DNA of 43,668 nt from Gemmatimonadaceae bacterium (GTDB lineage Bacteria; Gemmatimonadota; Gemmatimonadetes; Gemmatimonadales; Gemmatimonadaceae). The notes beneath the pieces are model-generated. The model was not told the origin of the DNA. It saw nothing but the letters and a program-made list of their open reading frames with translations, and searched no databases. The stretch is taken from positions 1-43,668 of the forward strand of contig JBBDYA010000020.1 in assembly GCA_040902005.1 (NCBI GenBank), in the 5' to 3' direction. Shown here piece by piece: positions 19,209-28,895 of the stretch (positions are counted from its first letter, which is position 1; every line of letters begins with the position of its first letter). The translations under genes were made by a program, and so were the position numbers.

Positions 19209-19679
19209 CTAGCGCTTCGCGCGTTGATACGTACCCATCAATTCCGCGCTGGCCAGCACATGCCCCTGCATCTTCTCGACCACCACCGCCTTGTTGGCCC
19301 CGGCGAGATCACCCAGGAGTGTGTCGAGCGCATACAACCTGAAGTAGTAGCGGTGGCGTCCAATCGGCGGACAGGGCCCGCCGTACCCCCTGGGCTTCGA
19401 GTCACCCTGCCCATCGCGCGCGCCCGCGGGAGTCGCGCCGCCCTGTGCGATCGACATGACCGACGCTGGAATGTCGAAGAGCACCCAGTGCACCCAGGTC
19501 ATCTTCGGCGCCGCGGGATCCGGCGCGTCGGGGTCGTCCACGATGAGTACGTAGCCCTTCGTCCCCCCCGGCGCTCCCGTCCAGTCAAGCGCGGGCGCGA
19601 TGTCGTCGCCGTCGCAGGTGTACAGGCCCGGGATGGAACCGCCGTTCGCGAATGCGGGGGATGTGAGAATCAGGGACAT
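19209..19679 (-). CDS. YbhB/YbcL family (PEBP, Raf kinase inhibitor-like) protein
   Basis: YTCDG, DDPDAP, WVHWVLFDIP, GYGGPCPP..HRYYFRLYALD. Confidence 0.92.
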   Translation of the reverse strand: MSLILTSPAFANGGSIPGLYTCDGDDIAPALDWTGAPGGTKGYVLIVDDPDAPDPAAPKMTWVHWVLFDIPASVMSIAQGGATPAGARDGQGDSKPRGYGGPCPPIGRHRYYFRLYALDTLLGDLAGANKAVVVEKMQGHVLASAELMGTYQRAKR

Positions 19680-19731
19680 GTGCCGGCGGTGCCGGGCGAT
19701 GCGCGGCGGCAGGCAGCGCGCCTCGCCGCCC

Positions 19732-19986
19732 TTACTCCTGCGCGGCGGGCTTCAGCGGAGTGAGCGACCGGTAGCGCGTGGCCGCGGACAGCCGGCTCCA
19801 GCGATCCCACGCGTCCATGAGCTCGGCGGACCCGCGCATCATGTTGTACTTGTCGCCGCGCAGCTTCTTCTCTCGCTTCTCCAGCACGTCGAATCGGCCG
19901 CGCTGGCGCTGCTCCAACTCGAGGAGATCCGTATCGGTCAGTGTTTCGATCCAGGTCGAACTGATGCGTTCCGGTAACACTCTCAT
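19732..19986 (-). CDS. Small hypothetical helical protein (84 aa)
   Basis: GAGGAG RBS before ATG 19986; charged, globular-looking sequence unlike the R/A/P-rich shadow ORFs; fits the intergenic space. Confidence 0.7.
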   Translation of the reverse strand: MRVLPERISSTWIETLTDTDLLELEQRQRGRFDVLEKREKKLRGDKYNMMRGSAELMDAWDRWSRLSAATRYRSLTPLKPAAQE

Positions 19987-20061
19987 AGACTCTCCTCTGC
20001 GCCCCACGACATATGGGGCATGTCTCAATCTACACGCGCGGCCGATGCCGAACCGGAAAAT

Positions 20062-21636
20062 TCATGGTCCGAGGTACTTGCGCGCGGCGGCGGCCTCAGG
20101 CAGTGCCGCGTCTGCCTTGCGCACCACATCGAGCAAAAGCGTGTAGTGCTTCCGCGCCGCCGCGGCATCGCCCGCGGCTTCGGCCGCGCGCGCGGCGCCG
20201 TACAGCGAACGCAGCCGCCGCGGTTCGCTCACCATGGTCTTCTCGTACTCCACCTGGGCTTCCTTCGCGCGCCCCATCTCCATGAGCATGTCGCCGAGCA
20301 GCTCACGTGCGGGGATCAGCGGGCCCGGCGTCACGGGATGCTTCTCCACCGTTTCCTCGCGATCCACCGCCGCCCGGGCGAGCGCAAGCGCCTGGTCCCG
20401 ATCGCTGGCGAACAGGATCCACGCGGATGCGGCAAGCTTCTGCGCGCCCACGAGCGTGGACCAGTAGCCGTCGTTCGCCGCGCGGAGCCGGGATTCCATC
20501 GCAGCCAGCGAATCCACGTCTGCGGTGGCGCGCGCCACGTCACCCGAGCGCGCCGCGCCAAGGGCCCTGGCAAAATAGGTGAGCGCGCTCACATAACTGG
20601 ATTCCTGCGCCCGAGGTTCGAGCGCCGCCGCGTCGCGCCAGGCGCTCCGCTCGAGCGACACACGCGCGCGCATGGCGACGAAGTTGTAGCCCAGCGACCG
20701 TCCGTAGAACTGGTCCGTGCTGGACACGGCGCGATTCACCACCTCCTGCGCGGCACGCACGCGGCCCTGCTGAAGGTAGGCGTAGACCATGTAGTCCATG
20801 GGATGCACGGCGGCGTTGGAATCCGGTTCCGCGCGCGCCGAGCGGATGTTCGTCTCGATGGACTCGTCCCAGTGCCCGAGCCGGGTGAAGATGTGCGACG
20901 GCATGTGCAGCGCGTGGGGCGCATCCGGCGCGATGCCGGCGTACGCCTTTGCCGCGGCGGCGCCGCGCATGGCGATCGGCGGCGCGTCGTACGCGTGGAT
21001 CAGGTAGTGCGCGAGTCCCGGATGCCTGGGGTGCGTGTCGAACAGCGGCTGCAACAACTCCGCCGCCATGATCTGTCCCGCGAACGTCTTGTCCGTCGGC
21101 GGCGCGTTGGCGACCACGGTGCGGGCATAGAAGATCGTGGCCTCCATGTCGTCCGCATGCATGGTCCGCAGCGCGTGGAAGGCCTGCTCGTGCGCCTTCA
21201 TGCGCGTCATGTGATCGCGCGTCGCGTGATCGCGGTAGTAGGCCAGCACCGCGTCGGCGTACATCTGCTCCCGGTGGCTGGCGCGCGCCGACAGCGCCTT
21301 CGCCCGCTCGGCGAGCACCAGCCCGCGGCTCTGCCGTTGTGGACTCGGAGCCATGCGGGTCATCGGATTGCCCATGAGCGTCATGGCGCTTCCCCAGTAC
21401 GCCATGGCGCAGGTGGAATCCGCCGCGGCGATCTGCTCGAACGCGTCGCTGGCCGCCTCGAACCAGAACGAGTGCAGCATGGCCACCGCCCGTTCGAATC
21501 GGGGCTGGATGCCGGGGGCGCAGCTGACGGCGAAGGACACATTCCCCACCGTGGCCGGGTCGCCGGCGGGGTGGACGTGATCCTGCGCGAGCGCTGGCGA
21601 GGAGAGGACGGCGGCGACTAAGAGGACGCGACGCAT
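20062..21636 (-). CDS. Exported TPR-like repeat protein
   Basis: Signal peptide; G.VSF..SC, AMLHSFWF, CAMAYWG, HPGLAHYLIHAYD, PHALHMPSHIF motifs; helical repeats. Confidence 0.82.
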   Translation of the reverse strand: MRRVLLVAAVLSSPALAQDHVHPAGDPATVGNVSFAVSCAPGIQPRFERAVAMLHSFWFEAASDAFEQIAAADSTCAMAYWGSAMTLMGNPMTRMAPSPQRQSRGLVLAERAKALSARASHREQMYADAVLAYYRDHATRDHMTRMKAHEQAFHALRTMHADDMEATIFYARTVVANAPPTDKTFAGQIMAAELLQPLFDTHPRHPGLAHYLIHAYDAPPIAMRGAAAAKAYAGIAPDAPHALHMPSHIFTRLGHWDESIETNIRSARAEPDSNAAVHPMDYMVYAYLQQGRVRAAQEVVNRAVSSTDQFYGRSLGYNFVAMRARVSLERSAWRDAAALEPRAQESSYVSALTYFARALGAARSGDVARATADVDSLAAMESRLRAANDGYWSTLVGAQKLAASAWILFASDRDQALALARAAVDREETVEKHPVTPGPLIPARELLGDMLMEMGRAKEAQVEYEKTMVSEPRRLRSLYGAARAAEAAGDAAAARKHYTLLLDVVRKADAALPEAAAARKYLGP

Positions 21637-21703
21637 GAACGGGCTCCGGCTGATGAGGGAACCCGTGAAATATGCGACTTGCGTCGTGCCGGCGGGAGGT
21701 CGG

Positions 21704-24361
21704 TCAGTCCGCCCGCATCGCCTCCAGCGGGTCCACCCGCATCGCCCGCCTCGTCGGAATCATGCAGGCCGCCGCCGCCACGGCCGCGATCGTCACCGCC
21801 ACAGCGCCGTAGGTGAGCGGGTCAGACGGAGACACGCCGTACAGCAGCGAGGCCGTGAGACGCGAGAGCGCGTACGCGCCGCCGATGCCGATCACGATGC
21901 CGATCAGCGCGATGCCCAGTCCCTGCCCCAGCACCAGCCGCACCACCTGGCCGCCGCCGGCGCCCAGCGCGATGCGAATGCCGATCTCGCGCTGGCGCTC
22001 CGTCACCATGTACGAGAGCACACCGTACGTGCCGATCGCCGCGAGCGCGAGCGCCACCGCGGCAAAGATGCCCAGCAGCAACGACAGGAACCGCTGCCGC
22101 GTGACGGACGCGCCCACCACGTCCTCGAACGTGCGCAACTGCACGATGGGAAGCGCGGGATCCATCTCGCGCACCGCCTGCCGGATACCAGACGCCAGCG
22201 CCTCGATCGGACGCGTGGACCGCAGCACGACGTTCATCTGGGTGGGGGCACTCCCCGCAATGCGCGGAGCCTGGTCGTAGTAGAAGTACAGCTCGGTGCC
22301 AGCCGGCGCGTCCAGCCCGCCCTGCTTCACGTCCTTCACGACGCCGATGATGGTGAACCAGGTTTGTTCGCGCGTGACGAACGGATTGAGCCGCTTCCCG
22401 ATGGGATCCATGTCGGGGTAGAAGCGCTTCGCGAGCGCCTCGTTCACCACGACCACCGGCCCGCCGGCGGCATCGCCCTCGTTGAAGACCCGGCCGTCCA
22501 CGAGCGGAATGCCCATCGTGCCGAAGTAGTCGCCGAACACCGTCTGGTAGTAGTCCACGTTCTCGATGGGCCCGTCCGATCCCGGCACGAACGTGTAGTC
22601 CTCGAAGTCCGTGTCGTTGGCATTCACCTGCCTGAACGGCGGCAGCCCCGTCATCGCGCCGGCGCTCTGAACGCCGGGGATCTGCTCGAGCTTGCGTCGC
22701 AGGTCGCCGTGCAACGTCACCCGGCGCTGCGCCTCGGGATACGCGGCGGGCGGCAACACCAGGCCGAACGTGACGCGGTTCGCCGGATTGAACCCGGCGT
22801 CCACGCTGGTGAGCTTGTCGAAGCTCCGGATGAGCAGTCCCGCGCCAATCACGAGCATCACCGCCAGCGCGATCTCCGCGATCACCAGTCCGCGCCGCAC
22901 GCGGTTGCGCCCCGCGTTGGCGGTCGTGCGAACACCGCCCTCCTTGATGGCCTGGCTCACAGCCTTGTCTCCCATGTGCAGCAGGGGCGCCAGGCCGAAA
23001 ACGAGCCCCGTGGCCACGGCCACCGCGAAGGTGAACCCGAGCACGATGGGATCGAGGGTGATTTCCGTTGCCCGCGGAATGCTGCGCGGGTTGGCCGCGA
23101 GCAGTGCCTGGAGTCCCCAGTACGCGAGCGCGAGTCCGAGCAGTCCGCCCAGCACGGAGAGCACCACGCCCTCAGCCATGAACTGCCGCAGAATGCGCGT
23201 GCGCCCCGCGCCCAGCGCCGTGCGCACCGCGAACTCCTTGTGCCGCGACTCGGCGCGCGCGAGCAGCAGGTTCGCCACGTTTGCGCAGGCGATCAGCAGC
23301 ACCAGCAGCACCGCGCCCTGGAGCACCCAGAGCGCGCGCTTCACGTTGCCGATGACGTCGTCGCGCAGCGGCGTCATCTGCACCCGGTGCGTGGAATCAT
23401 TCGGCACGTGCCCGGTGGCGGCGATCTCGCGCCAACTCCGGAGCAACGTGAGCAGCTCGGCGTTCGCCTGCGACTCGCTCGAGGCGGGCGCGAGCCGTCC
23501 CACGAGATAGAGAAAGTGCGACCCGCGGTTCTGCCGGTTCGCCGGATCGAGCCCCAGCGGCGCCCAGAGCTGCGCACCAGCATCGTGCAGGTCGAATGCG
23601 GGCGGCATGACGCCCAACACGGTGCGCGGCGTTCCCTGCACCTCGATTCGCTTGCCCACCACCGCGGGATCCGACGCGAAGCTTCGCGTCCACAGCTCGT
23701 GCGACAGGACCACGACGGGATCCGCGTTGGGAATGTCGTGCTCCTCGGTGAAGGTGCGGCCGACCACCGGGTTCACGCCGAGCACGCTCCACATGCTGGC
23801 CGTCATGAAGACCGTGTTGACGCGCTCCGGCTGATCCCCCTCGCTGACGTTCATGGCGCCGGTGGTGTACGCGCCCATGTGCGAGAAGGCCTTCGTGCGT
23901 TCCTTGTATTCGAGGTACTCCGGCGGCGACACCCAGAACCGGTTGAAGCTCAGCGAAGTGAACTGGCTGGTGATGAACATCAGCCGGTCGGATTCGGGGT
24001 AGCCGAGCGGCTTGCGGACCACGCCGTTGATGACCGAGAAGATCGCGCTGTTGGCGCCGATCCCAAGCCCGATGGTAAGGATGGCCAGGGCCGCGAAGCC
24101 TGGCGATCGGCGCAGCAACCGCAGCCCGTATCGGAGATCCTGCAGCGTGGTCTCGAGCCAGACGCCGCTGCGGCGCTCCTTCACCTCTTCCGTGATCCGA
24201 TCGGCGCTGCCTGCTTCGAGGCGGGCCTGTCGGCGTGCGTCATCTGGGGACATGCCCATGCGGATTTTCTCGTCGGTGAGGAGTTCGATGTACGACTGCA
24301 CCTCGGCGTCGAGATCCTGATCGACGGAGGCGCGGTTCAGGAGGTTGCGGAGAAAGGACAT
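21704..24361 (-). CDS. Duplicated MacB/FtsX-type ABC permease (ADOP family)
   Basis: QDLRYGLRLL..SPGF...LGIGANSAIFS, LLIACANVANLLLAR, EIGIRIALGA, RRAMRVDP..A.R; starts 3 nt after the padR stop. Confidence 0.92.
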   Translation of the reverse strand: MSFLRNLLNRASVDQDLDAEVQSYIELLTDEKIRMGMSPDDARRQARLEAGSADRITEEVKERRSGVWLETTLQDLRYGLRLLRRSPGFAALAILTIGLGIGANSAIFSVINGVVRKPLGYPESDRLMFITSQFTSLSFNRFWVSPPEYLEYKERTKAFSHMGAYTTGAMNVSEGDQPERVNTVFMTASMWSVLGVNPVVGRTFTEEHDIPNADPVVVLSHELWTRSFASDPAVVGKRIEVQGTPRTVLGVMPPAFDLHDAGAQLWAPLGLDPANRQNRGSHFLYLVGRLAPASSESQANAELLTLLRSWREIAATGHVPNDSTHRVQMTPLRDDVIGNVKRALWVLQGAVLLVLLIACANVANLLLARAESRHKEFAVRTALGAGRTRILRQFMAEGVVLSVLGGLLGLALAYWGLQALLAANPRSIPRATEITLDPIVLGFTFAVAVATGLVFGLAPLLHMGDKAVSQAIKEGGVRTTANAGRNRVRRGLVIAEIALAVMLVIGAGLLIRSFDKLTSVDAGFNPANRVTFGLVLPPAAYPEAQRRVTLHGDLRRKLEQIPGVQSAGAMTGLPPFRQVNANDTDFEDYTFVPGSDGPIENVDYYQTVFGDYFGTMGIPLVDGRVFNEGDAAGGPVVVVNEALAKRFYPDMDPIGKRLNPFVTREQTWFTIIGVVKDVKQGGLDAPAGTELYFYYDQAPRIAGSAPTQMNVVLRSTRPIEALASGIRQAVREMDPALPIVQLRTFEDVVGASVTRQRFLSLLLGIFAAVALALAAIGTYGVLSYMVTERQREIGIRIALGAGGGQVVRLVLGQGLGIALIGIVIGIGGAYALSRLTASLLYGVSPSDPLTYGAVAVTIAAVAAAACMIPTRRAMRVDPLEAMRAD

Positions 24362-24363
24362 CG

Positions 24364-24690
24364 TCACGTCGCGGCGAGGGCGAAGCGGATGGCCACGGCG
24401 ATCCGCTGCCACGTGCCCACCTCCACGTCCAGCTGGCGGCGGCCGGCGGCGGTGAGCTTGTAGTACTTGGCCCGGCGGTTGTTCTCGGAGAGCCCCCAGG
24501 AGGACGCGAGCCACCCCGCGTCCTGCATCCGGTGCAGCGCCGGAAAGAGCGACCCTGGCTTCACCTGGAATGTGCCGCGCGTGATCTGCTCGATGCGGCG
24601 GGACGCCCCAAGCCCGTGCAACTCGCCGAGGGCCAGCGACTTGAGGATCAGCAGGTCCAGCGTGCCCTGGAGCAGGTTGGTGGGCGCCAC
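24364..24690 (-). CDS. PadR family transcriptional regulator (ADOP-associated type)
   Basis: LLQGTLDLLILK, GSLFPALHR, W..SENNRRAKYY.LT..GRRQL. Confidence 0.93.
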   Translation of the reverse strand: MAPTNLLQGTLDLLILKSLALGELHGLGASRRIEQITRGTFQVKPGSLFPALHRMQDAGWLASSWGLSENNRRAKYYKLTAAGRRQLDVEVGTWQRIAVAIRFALAAT

Positions 24691-24731
24691 GGTCTTCCCC
24701 GTTGAGGTTCAGGCACCCTACGGGGCGGGGC

Positions 24732-24750
24732 CCTATAGAGTGTCAATAGG
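24732..24750. promoter_or_regulatory. Imperfect palindrome overlapping TTGACA: candidate PadR operator and promoter
   Basis: CCTATAGA-gtg-TCAATAGG with 7 of 8 arm positions symmetric; contains TTGACA on the minus strand (24746-24741), about 50 nt upstream of the padR start. Confidence 0.6.
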
Positions 24751-24796
24751 AAGACACCTGTCCGCGACGAATGGTTGCGGGCGGCCGGCCCATCAC

Positions 24797-25039
24797 CTAA
24801 CCGTCGATGGCCTGGATGTCGACCGTCGCGGCGCCGGCGTCATAACTGACGTTCACCTGCCACGCCTGGCAGCACACCGGGCAGTCCTCGACATACCGCT
24901 GCGAGGCGCCTCCGCCGGGATCCACTCCGATCGTGACCTCCTCGGCGCAGTACGGACAGAGCACCGTTGCCTCCGTGTCGGCGGTACCGTCGCCGGTGGG
25001 AAAGTCGTCGTCGAGGGGCATGTCTGGATGATACCTCAA
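24797..25039 (-). CDS. CPXCG motif cysteine-rich protein
   Basis: CPYCAE...VDP.GG..Q.YVEDCPVCC; start uncertain (25039 or ATG 25021). Confidence 0.85.
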   Translation of the reverse strand: MRYHPDMPLDDDFPTGDGTADTEATVLCPYCAEEVTIGVDPGGGASQRYVEDCPVCCQAWQVNVSYDAGAATVDIQAIDG

Positions 25040-25101
25040 CCCCGATCCCGCGGCGAAGGACGCCAGTGTCCCGTCACTGGTGGCCTCGGTATATTCGCGC
25101 C

Positions 25102-25977
25102 ATGCTCACGATTCTCGCAACGGCGATGCTCCTGACGGCGCCGGTGGCGCAGCACACCGACTCGCTGCGCGCCCGCGTCGAGGCGCGCATCGCGCGGGTT
25201 CCGGGAGCGATCGTCGGCGTGTCGTACCTCGATCTGGCGTCCGGCGACTCCCTGCACGTCAACGCGGACACGAGCTTTCACGCGGCGAGCACGATGAAGG
25301 TGCCGGTGATGATCGAGTTCTTTCGCCAGGCGGATCGCGGCGAGCGGTCGCTCGACGAGCGGATGCTCCTCGTCAACGAGTTCACGTCCATCGTGGACGG
25401 CTCGCCCTACTCGCTCACGGAGGGTGACGACTCCGACTCCCTGGTGTACCGGCGCGTGGGACAGCGCGTGCCGGTGCTCGAGTTGCTGGAGCGGATGATC
25501 ATCCGGTCCAGCAACCTGGCGACGAACGCGCTCATCGAGACCGTGGACGCCAGGAAGGCCAACGCCACGGCGCGCGAGCTTGGCGCGCGGAGCATGAAGG
25601 TCCTGCGCGGCGTGGAGGACCTCAAGGCGTACGAGCGCGGGCTGAACAACACGACGACCTCGCGCGACCTGGCCGCGCTGTTGCGCGCCATCGAGCAGGG
25701 GCGCGCCGCGTCGCCCGCGAATACCCGCGCCATGCGCGACATCCTGCTGCGGCAGGAGCACAACGGCGAGATTCCCGCCGGGCTGCCGGCCGGCACGCGC
25801 GTGGCGCACAAGACGGGGTTCATCACCGCCATCCTGCACGACGCGGCGATCGTGTACCCGGAGGGGGGCACGCCGTACGTCCTGGTGGTGTTGACGGGAG
25901 GGATCAGGGATCGGGACGTGGCGCGGGAGCTGATCCGGGACCTGTCGCGCATCGTGTACGAGCGCCGGCATCACTGA
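25102..25977 (+). CDS. Class A beta-lactamase-related serine hydrolase
   Basis: ASTMK (SxxK), SSNLATN (SxN), HKTG motifs; signal peptide from ATG 25102. Confidence 0.88.
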   Translation: MLTILATAMLLTAPVAQHTDSLRARVEARIARVPGAIVGVSYLDLASGDSLHVNADTSFHAASTMKVPVMIEFFRQADRGERSLDERMLLVNEFTSIVDGSPYSLTEGDDSDSLVYRRVGQRVPVLELLERMIIRSSNLATNALIETVDARKANATARELGARSMKVLRGVEDLKAYERGLNNTTTSRDLAALLRAIEQGRAASPANTRAMRDILLRQEHNGEIPAGLPAGTRVAHKTGFITAILHDAAIVYPEGGTPYVLVVLTGGIRDRDVARELIRDLSRIVYERRHH

Positions 25978-25985
25978 GCGGCTGA

Positions 25986-28895
25986 CTACAGGGCGAGCTT
26001 CACGATTCTCGCCACCCACCGCATCATCCATCCCGGCATCGGCAGCAGCCGTTCCAGCTCCACGTCACTCTCGATCCACGTGGAGCGCGCCATGGTATAG
26101 TACAGATCCACCAGTCCCGCCGACGCCTGCGGCCCGGACACCAGGAGCGTGGCCTCGCCGTCCAGCATGATGCCGCGCGGATCCTGGTTTTGCGTTCCCA
26201 CGCTGAAGTAGAAGCTGAACCGTTTGCGTTCCGCCTCGGGAATCGCCTCCTCGTACCCGCGCAGCACTTCGTCCGCGTCCCGCAGCGCGCTCGAGTCCAC
26301 GTCCGGCGTAGTCCAGCTCATCTGGTCGGCGAACGTGCTGCTCCGCCGCGACTGCGCCTGCATCGTCCGCAGCAGCACGTTTTCCCATCCGGGGCGACGC
26401 ACGAGCGCCTGGATCGCGCCGGGCCGAGCGACCATCTGCGCCTTGGAGTGCAGCTTGGGCATGCGCGGCGTCTGGTCCGTGGCGATGTCGCTGGCACCGC
26501 GGCCGTCGGCCTCCGTCTGTACAAGCGCGCGGTCCATCACCGCCAGCGTCGCGTCGTCGAACGGAATCAGTTCGCGGATCCATGGCGCGCGGCGCAGTCC
26601 CTCGCGCACCTCGGCCACGCGTCCCGCCACGTCGGTGACCTCCGTGGCCGACGCGTACAGTCCCACGCGCAGTTCTCCGCCGGTGCGCGCGAACTGCTCG
26701 GCCAGTCGCTCGCGCACCTGGAGCAGCCGCTGCATGACCACGTGTATCCGCGCGATCACCGGCGCCTGCTGGTTCGGACTGTTCGCCTTCGACGGCGCGA
26801 TCACGTAGACCCTGGCACCGCGCGCCGCGGCGCCCGCGAGCATCGCGGCCCACGTCTCGCTCAGCCACAGCGCATCGGGCACGATGATGACGCTTCCGGG
26901 GGGCGCCAGGTTGTACATCATCGCACGCGCCACGCTCGACTCCTTGGCCCCAAAGCCCGACTCGTTGTGCAGGTGGAGCGCGCGTCCAACGTAGTCCGGA
27001 TCCTCCCCCTCCCCGTTGCCGTCCGCCGTCGGCACGCGGAGCGGCGCGGGAATATCGTCGGGCGCCATGCCGTTCGTGATCAGCGCGCGGCGCGCGGCGT
27101 CCCGCACCTCCAGCGCCGCCGGACCGCGAATCCGGTAGCCGCGATCCTCCCACGTCGCACTGGCGTAGTGCTCCCCGATGCCCACCCCCATCAGCATCAT
27201 CGCGCCACGATACGGATCGGACTCCGTCACGTCGTAGAACATCACCTTGCGATGATCGCGCATGACGGCGTCCGGCACGAACGGCCAGGTGGGCACGATG
27301 CGGTGGCTGCGAAACGAAAAATCCGCCCGGTTCAGGATGTTGACGTGCACCCTCACGTCACGCGGGTCCACGCGGGAGGCCGCGACCGCCGCGCGCAGTT
27401 CCGCCTGCCGCTCCCGCAACCGCGCTTCGCGCTGCGCGTTGTCTCCTGGCAGCTTCATGTCGGCGCTCAGCGGATTCTCCAGGATGGTCATCCACAGCCG
27501 CCCGTTGCGCTGCGCGTAGTAGTACTGGTCCAGCAGGATCATGTACGCCGGCAGGCGTCCCACGCTGTCATGGCGCTGCACTGCGGCGGTGAGCGCCGGC
27601 AGGTAAGCGTCCACCACCATGGTGTAGCCGACTTCATCCAGGGCCCTGGTATCGTCGCGCTGCCCGGTGAAGTCGTGCGTCCACAGCACGTGATAGTCGC
27701 GCGCCGCGTAGAGGGAGCGCGCCACCTCCAGCGGCAGGTCGGAGCTTCGGAGATACGTGAGCGCGTTGCGGTCCGTGAACGGCCGGCCGACCGCGTGCTC
27801 GATCAGCGCATCGACCTCCGATTGCTCGTCATACTCGTCCGTCCGCAGTGCGAGCTGGAGCGGCAACCACACCAGCCGGGAATCCTTCCACTGCGCCAGC
27901 AGGTTGGCGTGCACCCGTTCGACGATGCGCAGCCAGCGCGCGTGCACGCTGGCCACGGCGACACGGGCATCGCCGCCCAGCGTGGTGGAATCCCGCAGCC
28001 AGTCGCTGAATCGCGTGTGCGCGCTGGACGTCAACGACCGGATGCTGGACGCGTGCTCCTTCACCTGGCCGAACAGCGAGTCGTACGGCAGGAGCACGTC
28101 GTGGAGCAAGCCGAGGCGCGCGCGATGCGTGATGCCCTTCGCGAGCACCAGGTTGCCCGCCGCCGCGCCGAAAGCCTCGTCCAACCCGCGCTCGTACGTC
28201 AGCATCGCTGCCGCGAAGCTCTCGCCGTAGCGGATGCGCGCGGTGTCCTCCGCGAACAGGTTGGTGTACGCAAGGATCATCGCGGACGCGCGCTCGACGG
28301 CATCGAGGGCCACGTTCGCCTCCGGCGGCTCCGCGCCGACGAACAGTGGGCGGCGGCTGGCGGCAGCGGGTTCGCCGACATCCACGTCGGCGCGACGCGT
28401 CCTTCCGAGCCATGGCTGCCCGAGCGGCACGTGCACGCCGATGGACAGCGCATCCCGGCGCGCGGGCACCCAGTCCAGCCGCAGCATCGTTCCGCTGCCC
28501 AGCAGTCCGCCGCGCCGGATCGCGGTCTGGAAGCTCAGCACGGCGTCAACGGCATCGCGGCCGTTCCAGTCCACGCCGGCGGCGAGTCCGAGTGCGCGGC
28601 TGGTCGCAAGCAGCCGCGCGCCGGGCCGCGCATCGCGGACGCCCGCCACATACGCCTCGCCCGCCACACCGAAGAGTCCGGTGACCGGATTCTTCAGTGG
28701 CCGGTGCACGCCGGCCGCGAGCGCCGGCTGCCAGTCACCTGGAGCCGCGCGAAGCGCGCTGGGCATCGCGTACGGCTCCCACCGCGGGGGCTGGCCCATG
28801 GACCGGATGGGCGCGTCCTGCGAAACGGCCGCGCCCGCCACGATGGCGGACGCGAGCACAATGAACGAAATCGCGCGAGTCACGCGCGGCGTCAA
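25986..28895 (-). CDS. Large exported phospholipase D-superfamily protein
   Basis: HRKVMFYD (HxKxxxxD); second LHSKAQ; downstream GTQNQDPRGIMLDGE resembling the GSxN..R...xE signature; signal peptide. Start codon uncertain. Confidence 0.72.
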   Translation of the reverse strand: MTPRVTRAISFIVLASAIVAGAAVSQDAPIRSMGQPPRWEPYAMPSALRAAPGDWQPALAAGVHRPLKNPVTGLFGVAGEAYVAGVRDARPGARLLATSRALGLAAGVDWNGRDAVDAVLSFQTAIRRGGLLGSGTMLRLDWVPARRDALSIGVHVPLGQPWLGRTRRADVDVGEPAAASRRPLFVGAEPPEANVALDAVERASAMILAYTNLFAEDTARIRYGESFAAAMLTYERGLDEAFGAAAGNLVLAKGITHRARLGLLHDVLLPYDSLFGQVKEHASSIRSLTSSAHTRFSDWLRDSTTLGGDARVAVASVHARWLRIVERVHANLLAQWKDSRLVWLPLQLALRTDEYDEQSEVDALIEHAVGRPFTDRNALTYLRSSDLPLEVARSLYAARDYHVLWTHDFTGQRDDTRALDEVGYTMVVDAYLPALTAAVQRHDSVGRLPAYMILLDQYYYAQRNGRLWMTILENPLSADMKLPGDNAQREARLRERQAELRAAVAASRVDPRDVRVHVNILNRADFSFRSHRIVPTWPFVPDAVMRDHRKVMFYDVTESDPYRGAMMLMGVGIGEHYASATWEDRGYRIRGPAALEVRDAARRALITNGMAPDDIPAPLRVPTADGNGEGEDPDYVGRALHLHNESGFGAKESSVARAMMYNLAPPGSVIIVPDALWLSETWAAMLAGAAARGARVYVIAPSKANSPNQQAPVIARIHVVMQRLLQVRERLAEQFARTGGELRVGLYASATEVTDVAGRVAEVREGLRRAPWIRELIPFDDATLAVMDRALVQTEADGRGASDIATDQTPRMPKLHSKAQMVARPGAIQALVRRPGWENVLLRTMQAQSRRSSTFADQMSWTTPDVDSSALRDADEVLRGYEEAIPEAERKRFSFYFSVGTQNQDPRGIMLDGEATLLVSGPQASAGLVDLYYTMARSTWIESDVELERLLPMPGWMMRWVARIVKLAL

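Noticed and set aside
19201..19214. TGGGAGCGCT resembling part of the actinobacterial CelR cellulase operator
   Set aside because: The palindrome is incomplete and lies 10 kb from the GH6 gene; likely chance.
20020..21621. 533-aa plus-strand ORF
   Set aside because: Antisense shadow of the TPR-like gene.
21635..24463. 942-aa plus-strand ORF
   Set aside because: Antisense shadow of the permease, expected in high-GC DNA.
25102..25977. Calling this a true antibiotic-resistance beta-lactamase
   Set aside because: Fold motifs are present but a canonical class A ExxLN omega-loop is not evident; activity cannot be inferred.
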